DNA from: Takakia lepidozioides | Lineage: Eukaryota > Plantae > Bryophyta | DNA: 64,000 bases | Direction of reading: 5' to 3' | NCBI GenBank assembly: GCA_030704615.1 | Contig: CM060731.1 | Coordinates: forward strand, 10,974,001-11,038,000 | Part shown: in pieces, positions 1-11,700 of the stretch | Layout: every line of letters begins with the position of its first letter | Position numbering within the stretch: the first letter of the stretch is position 1 | Notes under the pieces: generated by a model | What the model saw: only the letters and a program-made list of their open reading frames with translations | Database searches by the model: none | Told to the model about the DNA's origin: nothing | Program-made: the position numbers and the translations under genes

Positions 1-245
1 ATTCATACATTGCAAAGACTGCACTGCTTTCAGGCTAGCCCAATGCTTGGTATATGCCTCCCTACAATTGGCCATGTTCTTAAGGCTTGCCCATTACATA
101 TGGAGAACAAAACATTTTCAGTGTCATGTCGATACACTTGATTCTTCTGATTGTTCACTCTTAAGCAACATCCCCTCTGTAGCCTTACTCAACTTGGCTT
201 AAACCTCCTCCACAGCGAGAGACAGAGAGAGGGGACAGACAGTAC

Positions 246-1850
246 CTGGCCAGCTGGTATGCGGGTATGCTGAGTAACCAGAGCCCCAGCAGCAACCATG
301 GCGCCCTTTTCCACAACCACCCCATCCAAAAGTGTGGCACCCATACCCACAAAAGCTTCATCCTCCACGGTGCAAGCATGCAGCACTGCATTGTGTGCTG
401 CTCCCAGCCCCAAAATCTATTAGCGGCAGCAAGAGAGAAAAAAAAATACCACAAAAGAGGGAATGCATAATGAGCCCTTACCAACTGTGACTTTGTCGCC
501 GATCATGGTGGGAGAAACGTTGCCGCTCACATTCGTTTTGGCAACATGCACTAATGTGTTGTCCTGAATGTTCGTCTCCGCCCCCACACTGATGCTGTTC
601 ACATCACCTATCCCGAATCATGCCGGAAGTGTTATACAAAATGTTAAATTAATTTTCTGGGCTGCAGCCCTGCTGGTCCTAACAGTCTCAATAACAATAC
701 AATATAGCCACTTGTCTACATCTTTATGCTCACTAGTATTATGTCGATGCCAGCCGTTCACACTGCATCCTTATGAAGGTGTCCGTGTATGACGAGTGTG
801 CATGCACCATGGACAATTTGAGTTGAATTTCATACCTGGTCGCATAAGACATGTCCAGGAGGTTATTATGTGGGGACAATGCCTCTAAGGCTCTGTAATG
901 GACATTTTCATAGGGATCCTGTCTGATATATGTTGCAAACTAGAGGCTTGGGCTAAAATGCCAACCTAGGATGCCCAGCAGGAGTCAAAGCCAGAACTCT
1001 CAAATCCCTGTATAGGCATTGCTATTGGCATGTGGACATGCTATGCCAATTTGGATTGACTTTCGCATAAATTGGTGGGCCAAAACGGAAAACGAGCTCC
1101 AGGAGCGATAGTATCCAAGAGAGGAAAATGTGGTCCCGGGTATGTCAGATCCAACTACGGTTGGATCGAAGGATTTGGTCCGAAGAGACCAATCAAACAT
1201 AAAGGGGAAAAGATGACTGAGACAACATTGTGTAAGGATTAAGAATTTGCTGACCTCGAAGCACACAGCCATACCAAATGGAAGATTTCTCCCCAATTTT
1301 GACATCACCAATGACAGCCGCACTGGGAGCGACGAACACATTGTCAGGAACCACGGGCGACTTCTCAAATAGGTTCACAAATGTTCGATGCCTTGACACT
1401 GCACAATCCCCAAGGCACACAAACAGACAGCATCACACGTGAAACCATGTAGACCCGGAAAATACCGCTCGATCAAAAAAACCAGGCCAGGCTACTACTC
1501 TCAAGCAACGATGGTGGAGTAATTTAGGTCAGCTTGTCACGGAACCCTACACTCAATTAAAAATCAGCACCTGCCCTGTCTCCCCACAATGCGTCTAGCG
1601 TATTCGTGATGACTAGAAAGTTTTAGGCCTAGTTACGGTGAACACCACTGTTTGAATTCTATCGTGAGCACACAGAGGTCTGATCGTCAGTGATTCCAGC
1701 TTCAAAACAGGGTAAGGAACAGGACTCATACACACATTCATCTTGGGTGGCGTAGGGCCCCTGCAAACGCGACCCCAGGCGATCTAGGGCTTGCCCTGTC
1801 TGCCGCACCACCGCTGCCACTGCATACAACGCTCTACCAAGCGTCCCCAT
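246..1850 (-). CDS. GAMMA-CA: Mitochondrial gamma-carbonic anhydrase (complex I CA domain subunit), 5' part; remaining exons lie beyond the left edge
   Basis: GT-AG exons 1850-1736, 1398-1255, 607-482, 397-246 splice in frame to MGTLGRALYAV...LSRHRTFVNLF...SSIWYGCVLRGDVNSISVGAETNIQDNTLVHVAK...HNAVLHACTVEDEAFVGMGATLLDGVVVEKGAMVAAGALV. Hexapeptide repeats; three His zinc ligands present, so CA-type rather than CA-like. Confidence 0.95.
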
Positions 1851-2113
1851 CCCCTCCTCCTTGAAACCCAAACCCCCGATTGCCCTCACTGACAAACCAA
1901 CAATCTGATGACCTTCAAAGCACCTTCAAGCGTCTCTCTCTTCCTCTTCTCGGAGTACCAGAGGCGTGAGAATCCCGGGTCGGATATGTAATCATAACGC
2001 GTTCCCCGACATTCGGGGTTGGGGAACAGAGAGGGACGGAGCCCCATGGAATAGTTCGTCCATGTCGTCGTCGTCTTCTTCGCTGCACCATAGCTTAGCT
2101 TCCTGCAGCACGC
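1851..2113. promoter_or_regulatory. Shared divergent (bidirectional) promoter/5'UTR interval between gamma-CA and mnmA
   Basis: Start codons at 1850 (minus) and 2114 (plus) are separated by only 263 bp; CT-rich tract at about 1933-1950. Confidence 0.6.
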
Positions 2114-5100
2114 ATGGCGGGTGCTGCTTCTCTCCCATTCCAAGTCTGCCAGTTTCGGGACCCTGATCTTGCTACGAGAGGCCTCGGTGAGAAGAAACTT
2201 CTGAACCAGAAGTTGGAAACCTTGCTTGTCCACCAGTCGAGAATTGGAAATAAGGGGATTTGTTTTACAGCTGGCCATGGCTGCTCCAGACCATGTCGAA
2301 GGTTTTGCTTTTCAACGAATTCTTGGGTGGAATTACAGGAGGAGGGTGGAATAACCCATTTCGCAGATGTAAATGGGGATTCTGCGGGTCATTTCTCTAG
2401 TGGGAACAGACCGGTCACGGAATTGCACTACAGCAGAGTAATGGAAGCTGTTGAGAATGCCCGCTCGCTGAAGACCCTTGAAAGTTCCGTGGACGATGAG
2501 AGGAGGGCAGCTGGAGAGGTTTCAATGGCGGGTTAATTGAACTTACCTTCCTCAAATTTCCATGGAAATATAGTGCTCATTTGTTGTGGCTTTCGGTTTT
2601 GAGAGTGATGGTGAGTCTGGACGAGCAATGGGGTTGAGTAAGCAAATGGTTTAATGGATAACATTTTGTCATAATTTGAAGTTGAAAGTAGTCGGATGTC
2701 CCAATTTTGAAGTGCAAGGAAACAATGTCCTTTCTTTGAAGGGCAAGAGAGTTTAGTGTCCTGATTTCTGAACTGCCAGAAAGTTGAGACGATCGTTGAT
2801 GTTACAGGGTGGGAGTCTGACAAGAGATTGCTGGGGTCCTGTGAAGTCGGTCAATCCTTGAGAGTGGCTGTGCTGGTCAGTGGGGGCGTGGACAGCAGTG
2901 TGGCCCTGCGGTTGCTATGTGCAGCCGGTCATTCTTGCACTGCTTTCTACCTCAAAATCTGGTTCCAGGTGCAGGATGTTACCGGCAGGCTCCTTCAAAC
3001 GAACAATAGTCTTATAGTGATGATTGAAGGAGCTTCAGTTTCTCTTCCAGTGTAGCTCCTCATATAAGCAAGTCAACCTGCACATACGGCTCTAGGGCTT
3101 TCTTTATAAAAGCCCTGCCAGAATCAGCCAAGCTGCAATACGCAGGTGGCAGTCCGGTGTGCAATCCATGGGACTTGTAAGGAACATTTATAAAACACAT
3201 TTGATGTCAGTCTTACTTACCAAGGAAAGTCCTTAGATGCAATGTCAGGCATAAACCCTAAACCCTGCGACCCAAAGTTCATATGAAGGAAAAGGATGGC
3301 ATATCAACTTCTCACATTGTGGAACTCCAGGCAACCTCACTCACTAGGTGGTTATTAGCAATATGCGCATATAAATTATTGAACCAAAACATCATGTACA
3401 CGCATATAAAATATTGAACCAAATCATTATGTGGCAGGAGGACTTTGAAAATTTTTGGTCAGCATGTCCATGGGAGGAAGATCTCAAGTACGCCCAAGCT
3501 GTGTGTGATGAGGTAGCTGCCTCACATATCTCCTTGCATCCCAAACTTCTCGATGTCCTGTATATTTCTGTAGGGATCACATTCCTTTGAAGAATTACAG
3601 CTGAATAAATGCACTTGCACACAGATGAATGACTGCATGCAGACCTTAAATGATTTCATGTTTCTTGGGATCTGGAGGAAGGAGGTTGGTACTCTGTGGA
3701 TAGGGGTCTATATCATTACCCTTTTCAAATTCCAGAACCCCCATCCAATGTCTTATAAAAGTAAGCATATCTGTATTAGATCAGATAGAGGCTGTGTTTT
3801 CTGGATCAAGGTTCAAGTATGAAGAATACAAGACCTAATGGGTCATTTGATTCTGACAAGTACATGGTCTATGGGGTTTGTTGACCTTTGCTGCTTCAGG
3901 TGGGAGTGGAACTTCGGGTAGTTCACCTCACAGACGAGTATTGGAAGCACGTGGTAAGTTTGTGGGGCACTGCTGGCATTTTCGTTTAGGATAAAATTCT
4001 GAAGAAAATCAACACTCAAATAGCAGACGCACAAGCCCCAGGGTTAATCTTTTTGTCCCAAATTTTCTCACTCTACAACTCCAGAAATTGAGTTGGAAAT
4101 GAAGACGGAACGGAGCAGTCAAGTTGTTTTGCCAATTATTGGCAGTGACAAGAAGACTAAGGGCGGGCCTATAGAAGACTGTTCTATCTTCCAAATAGTT
4201 TACCATAGTGGATTAGTGTGACTTGAAGAAGACTGAATTGGCAGGCTTCTGATGTTTCAGGTGGCTTATAGCATCTCTGAGATCCACGCTGGACGGACGC
4301 CCAATCCTGACATTCTTTGCAACTCTCACATCAAATTTGGTGACCTTCCTTTGACTGTTCCTGCAACCAAAATGTCCATGCTTGGTGGTTTTGAATTGAA
4401 TTCTCTAAGCACATATAATCAATATCTCTGATAGAAAAAGTTTTCTTAATACGTATATTTGGTGTCGTGTTCTGTTGGGTTTCTGATACCTTAATTGATC
4501 CTGGTCAACCATCATCCTTTAATACTGACTATTGTCCTGAGAGCAGTGCCTCTTTTGTGTTATTACCATTTCCTTCCATACTTGCCAAAAAAATAGGCAA
4601 AAGCGGGTGCGATGTGTGTTGTGTTGCACTAACTTTCTAGAAATTGCATATGTTGTGGCACATAATGTTGGATTCAGGTGCCTTTCTGGAGCACATAGAG
4701 GGTGCGCAGTTTGATCGCGTGGCTTCAGGACACTATGCACGTGTAGAACACCTTGCGTGCGATGGGGATGTTACTGAACCATGCACTGTGCTGTTATTGT
4801 CTGCAGATCAGGTGCCCATTCAATCTTTCTGTCTTTTCCACAGTTTTAGTTCTCTTGTTCTAAGGGCAGTGATGACTATGAAGATTGTGTGCCACCCTTA
4901 AATCAGTACTCAATGTCTGAAACCACATGCTACTAAGCAGGCTGAATTCCATACCTGGTTGCCAAAGAGGGTTAGGATCTCACAGGAATTATGCCCGCAA
5001 GGGTACATCATAGCCAGGTCCACATGGAATAGTCATTATTTCCTGCTTTCTGTCTGACTGTGTCACCATTCTAGACACTTTCTAGCCAAATGTCCTTCTC

Positions 5101-7977
5101 TCTTGACCTTTGGGAAGTATCTCATAGTAAGGTGGTGCAACTGGTTCTGGGGTGCAAGACAGGTGAAAGATCAGACGTATTTTCTCTCACATTTGTCCCA
5201 AGTGCAACTGTCCCACCTGCTGTTCCCTCTTGGTGGGTTGTCTAAGGTTAGTCCACTGATGAGATCATTCTCTTTCATAAAGGAGAGAGATGTGCTTAAT
5301 AGACTTTGCTTTCAACAGCCTTGTGGCTATAGACCAGTACAAATTGTGGAAGGCTGGCTCCAGTGGGGGACTTAGTGAAATTCGTTGTTGATTCCAACTT
5401 GTTTGTTATTCTCAAGAACGTTCATTCAACCCAATAGAGAAAGGAGTGGAAGACAGAGAGTACTAAGATGAGGCACAATTTCTGGGCACCTTGAGATTGC
5501 TTTGCCTTCTGGCTGTGAGATTACCCCTAAGTTCTAGCCCAAATCTGCTCACTTTGGGTACTACTTTGTGCTCTTCCATATTCTTAAGTCGCTGAATGTT
5601 TTCTTAACTACAAACATGTCAAAACAAATAGGACAAGAACCTGGACAGTAGAGCTGGAATCTCTGGGCTATGCTACTACGCACGTTTGTCTGAACATGTC
5701 CTTGCCCAAGAGTATTCAACAGTTGCAGACAAAACAATTGAAACCTTATAAGATCTGTAGTTGTATCACACATTCGCTTCAGGAGGAATCCATTGGTTTC
5801 TTGCTTATCAGCATTGGTATTTTTGGTGGGTTCTAGTACTTCAAGCCTGGTAGCTTTTATATGTGGGTTTACAGGCAACATTATGGGTGGCAGGTGGAAG
5901 TGCGGCAGCTTGCAGAGGCCATGGGCCTCTTAAATCAACACCGGAAAGATTCTCAAGGAATATGCTTTCTCGGCAAAGTAATCCTCTCTCTCTCTCTTTC
6001 TCTCTCTCACACACACAATATTCCCTCTAACCTGCGTAGAACTGGCAATTTCACTCGACTCTCATATACCCTCGTCACCTGAAATCGCAAATGGTTTGTG
6101 TGAGATGGTTACTGCCCTTTCCTAGAGAGGTTCACTGTCAGTGTCACAAGTGTGCTCCATTTGGGAGCTAGAGCAGCAGTGCTGAAAACCAAATTGCATT
6201 TTCCTGCTGTATATACAAGCGCACACAGCAAATCCTCAGTTTTCCTAATCGGCGCTTGGTGCAAGGTACCATGTGCAACCCACACTGTAATCTTACGTGA
6301 TAGGAGGTGTTTCCATGGAATGGTGAATGAGCACATGAGCTTTTCATCAAACCTATAACCAGACATGCTTTACAACATTCTGTGTCATGATGGTCACTGA
6401 ATTCTAACCAGCTTCCAACTGTATTAATGCAGGTCAAGTTTGGTGAGTTCATAGCCAGGCATCTTGGTGAGCAGGAAGGGCGCCTCCTTGAAGCTGAGAC
6501 TGGAGAGTTCTTAGGCATTCATAGAGGGTTTTGGTTCTACACAATAGGTCAACGCCAAGGCCTGGGCCTCTCCAATGGACCTTGGTACACACTGCCTTTG
6601 CTCTCATGGAGACTGGTTTGTGGCAATGCAGATCTTGTGTGTCTGGATGGGTCTTTCTCTCCCCCTCCTCTGGGCAAACTCACACCCTCTCTTCGATCTG
6701 CTTGTGCCTATTTGTCAGACGGAAGGAAATCTGGGCCACCTGAATTCAATCTGTGCCATCTGCTCTTTGTTCAGGTTTGTAGTCGCCAAAGATGTGGAGC
6801 ATAATGTAGTTTTTATATCGAGGAAGTATTACTCAGATGACAAGAGACGGCGGACATTCCGTGTTGCATCGTTCAATTGGATCTCACAGTTTTCTCCCAC
6901 TAACATGGCTGGTCTGCGCTGCAAGGTAACTCCCAACTTTAATTTCTTCTTGAAGATGTGATATATTGATTCAGTGTTGTCCATGGCTGGCATCACCATT
7001 TTGTCACACTCTCAGCTTTTTGTATTTTTCTGTGATTGTTTTGTGCTATCCTTTATTTATCAGGCCAGTGAAGGGTGCCACCCCTATTCGTAGATGTTTT
7101 GCAGAATTGCTTGAATATGTGGAACTGGCTTTCAAGCTTGAGGTGATGGCTACTGCCATACTTCACTTTAATGGTTGCGGAAAGAAATATCATGCATCAC
7201 ATTTGAATGGCCAAAAGAGGGAGGGAGAGAGAGTTCTCTTTTTTGGTTGATAGTGGGGTTTTTCCCCTGGACTCCATGAGCGTCTCTGATTGCTAATATA
7301 GGGCTTCACTACAGGTTCGCCATGGTGCAAATTTCTATTCCTGCACTTTGGAGTTCGACGCTTCTGCTAGCAACGTTTTGGAGGACAATTTCTCCATGAA
7401 AGCTGGCTCGGCAGTTGTGAACCTCTCTGAGGATGATCAAGGGCTTGCACCTGGCCAGTACACAGCATTTTACATGGGGGAGGTTTGTCTGGGATCTGCT
7501 GTTATTACTGAGGCCCTGGGTGGGCCTGACTTTTCAGCAGTGTCTGCTGAAGCCCTGGAAGCTGCCTGGCATCCTTTCGACCTGGAGGTCTACAAGAATT
7601 TACGACCCAGGAATGGTAGTTTGCCCAGGTGTAGGATATCAAACAAATCAGTTGCCCAGAGTGATTGTTCCAGTAGTGTATTTATAAATGGAGGAAATGT
7701 GAGTGGGGCAAGTGATGAGGGAAATGTAGGTAATGTGCCAACACAACAAAGGCATTCTAGCAAAGAGATGGGTTGTAGTAGGGAGGGGTATTTGGCAGAG
7801 GAGGGGGCTAGCATGCAGCCTCTGGTGCCTTTGTGGAAAGAAAATGAGGTTAGGGCAGACATTGGCAATGGCAGTCAACTTTCTGCAGAACTCAGGCCAG
7901 AAGCAACATCTCAAAGGACGTTCCCTTTCAGAAGCCTCATATCAAAACTTTTTTGTCTCCTTGGTTGGAGCCAATAA
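2114..7977 (+). CDS. mnmA: tRNA-specific 2-thiouridylase MnmA/TrmU, organellar
   Basis: Exons 2114-2531, 2808-2968, 3438-3512, 3900-3953, 4261-4339, 4678-4811, 5163-5246, 5894-5977, 6433-6584, 6775-6925, 7315-7977, all GT-AG. Motifs: PP-loop SGGVDS, TPNPDILCNSHIKF, ASGHYAR, KDQTYFL, KDSQGICF, YTIGQRQGL, GLAPGQ. The start codon and N-terminal targeting region are less certain. Confidence 0.93.
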
Positions 7978-9753
7978 GACAGACCACCTGTTGACATTTC
8001 CCACCTGTTGACAGTAGATTGACTCTTGTTTTGAGGCTGGTCACACCCTTGTTTCTTCCTATCAAGGAAGACAGAGTTACCTTAGGGACAGAGAAACTGA
8101 AGATTCAATAGCAGAAGAGAAGAGGGGAAATCCAGTTCTGGCTAGTGAAGAGGAGAAAACAACACTTCCCCATACATGATGGATGATGTGTGGTATGGTG
8201 ATGTGAGTCACTACTTTTGTCAGCTGGTTATACAGCCGTAAGTAATGATGAGGACATCTCCTTCATCTGCTACCTGATGTCATAGCCCAGTCTGATGACA
8301 CTTGAGGGGCAAGACTGGACATGGTAGAAGTAAAGGGAAAGGCTCAGAATAGCAAACCGGAAAGGCAGACAAGTAAACTAATAATTTCCAGCCGACCTTC
8401 CATAGCTGGGTCCTTTTGCTGGTAATTGCGCTGTCCCTGTCTGACTCTTAGGATATCCCAAATTCTTAATGTAGATCCTCAATCCAATGAATGCCTGCCA
8501 GCCCAACCCTTGTTCAACCCCCAAAAAATCCCAAAATCTGCATGTAGTAAATCTGATAAATTCATTTTCCCAGAGTTTTGTATTAGTAGAAAATTAATTT
8601 ATATTGGACGTGGACTTTGAATGAGGAGAATAAACATAAACCGAATTAGTGGGCATAGTGTAGATAGTAGGGGTCCAAGGTAGGACTGTAGGTTGGGAGG
8701 TTAACTTGCTCCTGACATTGCTTAAGAGTCTGGGATGCTTGCTATACAGGACTTAGTTAAAGCAAACAACTCTGAATTGGAGGATTGGTACTGACAGCAG
8801 GTCTCAGTATAGAACATGACTGCGCCTTCAAGAGCCCATGAAATACAATAGAGTATTTGCTGCAACAAAGACTCTTGGGAGTGCAAGGCATATGTATGTA
8901 CTCAAAGCAGTCTGCAAAGAATAATAACCCACTCAATTTTTAGATCTGTTTTCTGTTTCCACGGGATTCAATTGTCATCGTTTGTCTGCTACAAGTGGGA
9001 GATGAAGAGAACCCAACTTGCTCATCCCAAATAATACGAAAGCTGAGCGTGATTTGGACAAAGACATGTCAGGATGTAGCTCAAGTACTGAAAAGGTCTT
9101 GAGAACCACCTTTGCTACAACTTGACCAAATCAGCGGAGAGTGAGATAATGTTGGCTGCTGGTAAGATCTCATCACAGCTGTGGGTTTCCCACATCAGTC
9201 GACAAATATCACCATCAAGCAAGTAGCTTAGGACATGTAAGCTGCGATAGAACAGTGTGAAGGACACCTGGCGAGTGTACTGTTCATAAAGTCCAGCATT
9301 CCACTGTGCTGCATCATCGTTAAGAGTCGAATAACAGTGCAAAGAGAAACCCCTAACTTAAATGGACCAAGCAAATCCTTCCGCTGCAAATACAAAGATC
9401 CACATGAAGACAGAAGACTGTCATGAGGTTCATAGTAACAGCAACAGGACCTCTCACCAAATTCCTCCACAGAAATTCATGAAAGAGAGTCTGGTGAAAT
9501 TTTCCAAAAACCACTGTCCTTAACCAAGAGTCCCATACAGCGGGCCACACAATTGACCTCTTGAGGATCGACACCAAGGCCAGGACAGGAGCAACACCTC
9601 GAACACTTTACTCAATAGAAAAGCCATGACTGAGAGTATGCGAAAGTGACTCAGAGGCCAATGAATGTGACGGTTTTCCAGCAATCCGCTGTGCTTCACA
9701 ATAAGTGTCCAACAGTGCTGTTTGTTTGACAGCATTTGTACTTAATGATAACC

Positions 9754-10629
9754 TCAAAGAGTGCCCATACATGTACCAATCCCAGACTGCTCAATGCATG
9801 GGGGAAGGTTCAGATCTAAAAATGGCAGAATCCTCATGGCAGGTTTAGCATCCTGTTGCTGCTGCTGCTGCAGTTGCGGCTGTGCACACGCTGCCTCGGT
9901 GTTAAGAATGACCGAGGACGATGAATCACAATCACTGTGACAGGCGCGTGTCTCTAATCCTCCCGCTTGCATCCCAATACTCTTACCCCCCAACCAATCT
10001 CTTGCTACTCCTAAGTCTCTCCTCTCTAAAACTAGGCCGTTTTTCTTCAAGCTCTTCTGACGCTTGTCACCATGGTTCACATCTTCAAAAAGTGCCTGAA
10101 TAGTAGTAGGGGCCCCTCTCTTGCTGGAGAGGGCACAAGTGATACCTTCAGCAGGGCTCATGCACGAGCGGCCGGCACTCACACTCTTCAATGCTCCCCT
10201 GCTCGGTTCCTCTACACATGCAAGATCTTGGACTGAAACATTGAGGTCAAGACGGCTTCGCCAAGAGGAGTCTGAAAGCCCCGATCGGTAGAGATTCTTA
10301 GCATGAGAATCTGATGGGGCGGAACGATATAGATTCTTGGGGCTGCTCCAAGACTCGACAGTAGAACTCTGACTGGTGCTCTGATCGTCACAAGGAGACG
10401 TAAAATTGGTCTTGGCCTTAGCTCCTCTCAGAGCACGTGCGGCGGAATCATAGGCCCTTGCGGCCTCCTCTGCTGTGTCAAAAGTGCCTAGCCACACTCT
10501 AGTCTTCTTCCATGGATCACGAATCTCGGCAGCAAATCTGCCCCAAGGCCGTTTCCTCACCCCCCTGAAGTGCGCCCCCTGTTCAGCTTGATGCGGCTTG
10601 GTGCTCCCCCTCTCCTCCCGCAGGGCCAT
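9754..10629 (-). CDS. AP2/ERF transcription factor, group VIII (ERF3/ERF4/ERF7-like) repressor with EAR motif, 291 aa, intronless
   Basis: AP2 domain [57 protein letters not shown], followed by [20 protein letters not shown] and C-terminal FLDLNLPP. First ATG is at 10629 (the ORF track starts at an upstream GTG). Confidence 0.95.
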   Translation of the reverse strand: MALREERGSTKPHQAEQGAHFRGVRKRPWGRFAAEIRDPWKKTRVWLGTFDTAEEAARAYDSAARALRGAKAKTNFTSPCDDQSTSQSSTVESWSSPKNLYRSAPSDSHAKNLYRSGLSDSSWRSRLDLNVSVQDLACVEEPSRGALKSVSAGRSCMSPAEGITCALSSKRGAPTTIQALFEDVNHGDKRQKSLKKNGLVLERRDLGVARDWLGGKSIGMQAGGLETRACHSDCDSSSSVILNTEAACAQPQLQQQQQQDAKPAMRILPFLDLNLPPCIEQSGIGTCMGTL

Positions 10630-11199
10630 ATCACACCCCTTCTCTTTCACAACCCGAATCCACCCCTCCTCGCCTCCTCAGCCCCCCAAATCTTGAAGAA
10701 CCTAAAGAACTCCTCGCCAGCGTCCACCCACCAGCAGATGTTCACGGTACACAAAGCACACTTTCGGAACTCAAACCTTCCTCCTCGCTTCCTCAACTCC
10801 AGATCCCCCACCAACCCCGCTTTCCACTTCCACGCAATGCCTCTACCAAAAAATGAGAGGACACTGTCTTCGTGGACGCCACAAAAAACTCCCCCAACTC
10901 CCTCACAAGATACTAAATCTCCCCCGCCCTCACCACCCCCTCTTCTCAATGCCCACCAAATCTTACAACCCCAGAAACTCACTGCCCACTGGGAGAGGGA
11001 TGCAAGATTGAGCAAGCAAGGCAGAGAAGATAGATGTGTGTGCAGGTGAGCCTGGCAGTAGCAGCTCCTGACAGAAGCTTCAAGAGTAAGCTGGCGATGG
11101 AGAAGCTAACTCTAATCCTTGCACTCCCAATCTGTCAACTTAAAACAAGTTGCTGGGAGTAGCTTGGCGAAGGCTTGTTTGTAGCAAAGCGAGGCAGCA

Positions 11200-11700
11200 G
11201 AGATGGGAGGAGGTGGGAATGGCAGCTCCGGCGGGGCGCTTATGGAGATGGCGATGGAGGCGAGGGCAGCCCGGCCCGGCCCGCCCGGGGTCAGCGGAGC
11301 GGTGCCGCACCCGCTGACTGAACCCGCCTGCTGCTAACCCAACCCGGGTTGCGATGTGGCGGGATCTGCAGCCGCGGTTACGGCGCCATCCTCGCGGCCG
11401 CGCCCTTAATGCCGCTGCCGCCCTCGCGGTTTACAGCCCCCCCTCGCCGCCGCCCTCTCGCTCTTCCCGTCAGACCCCCGCCTCCGGACACCTGCCCTTC
11501 CTTGTCCCCCTTCCCTCCCTAACCCGCACTCACTAATGAGCCTGCCTCACTAACTCCATTGACTAATAATAACTCCCGCTCACTATTACGCTAACCCCCC
11601 TTGACTCGCTCCACCCATTGACTCACTAACCCCCGGCGACTCACTAATTTTAACCCAGGGTTAGCTAATAATCGCGGCCCGCTCCACCTCGGTAGTAGGG
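11200..11700 (-). promoter_or_regulatory. GC-rich upstream region of the ERF gene with GCC boxes and a CTCACTAA cluster
   Basis: GCCGCC at 11417 and 11446-11454; CTCACTAA at 11529, 11546, 11622, 11640; several TTGACT. Function inferred from position only. Confidence 0.45.

Noticed and set aside
10647-11015. uORF or N-terminal extension of the ERF
   Set aside because: Starts at a non-ATG codon and has purine-rich 5'UTR-like composition; no support for coding.
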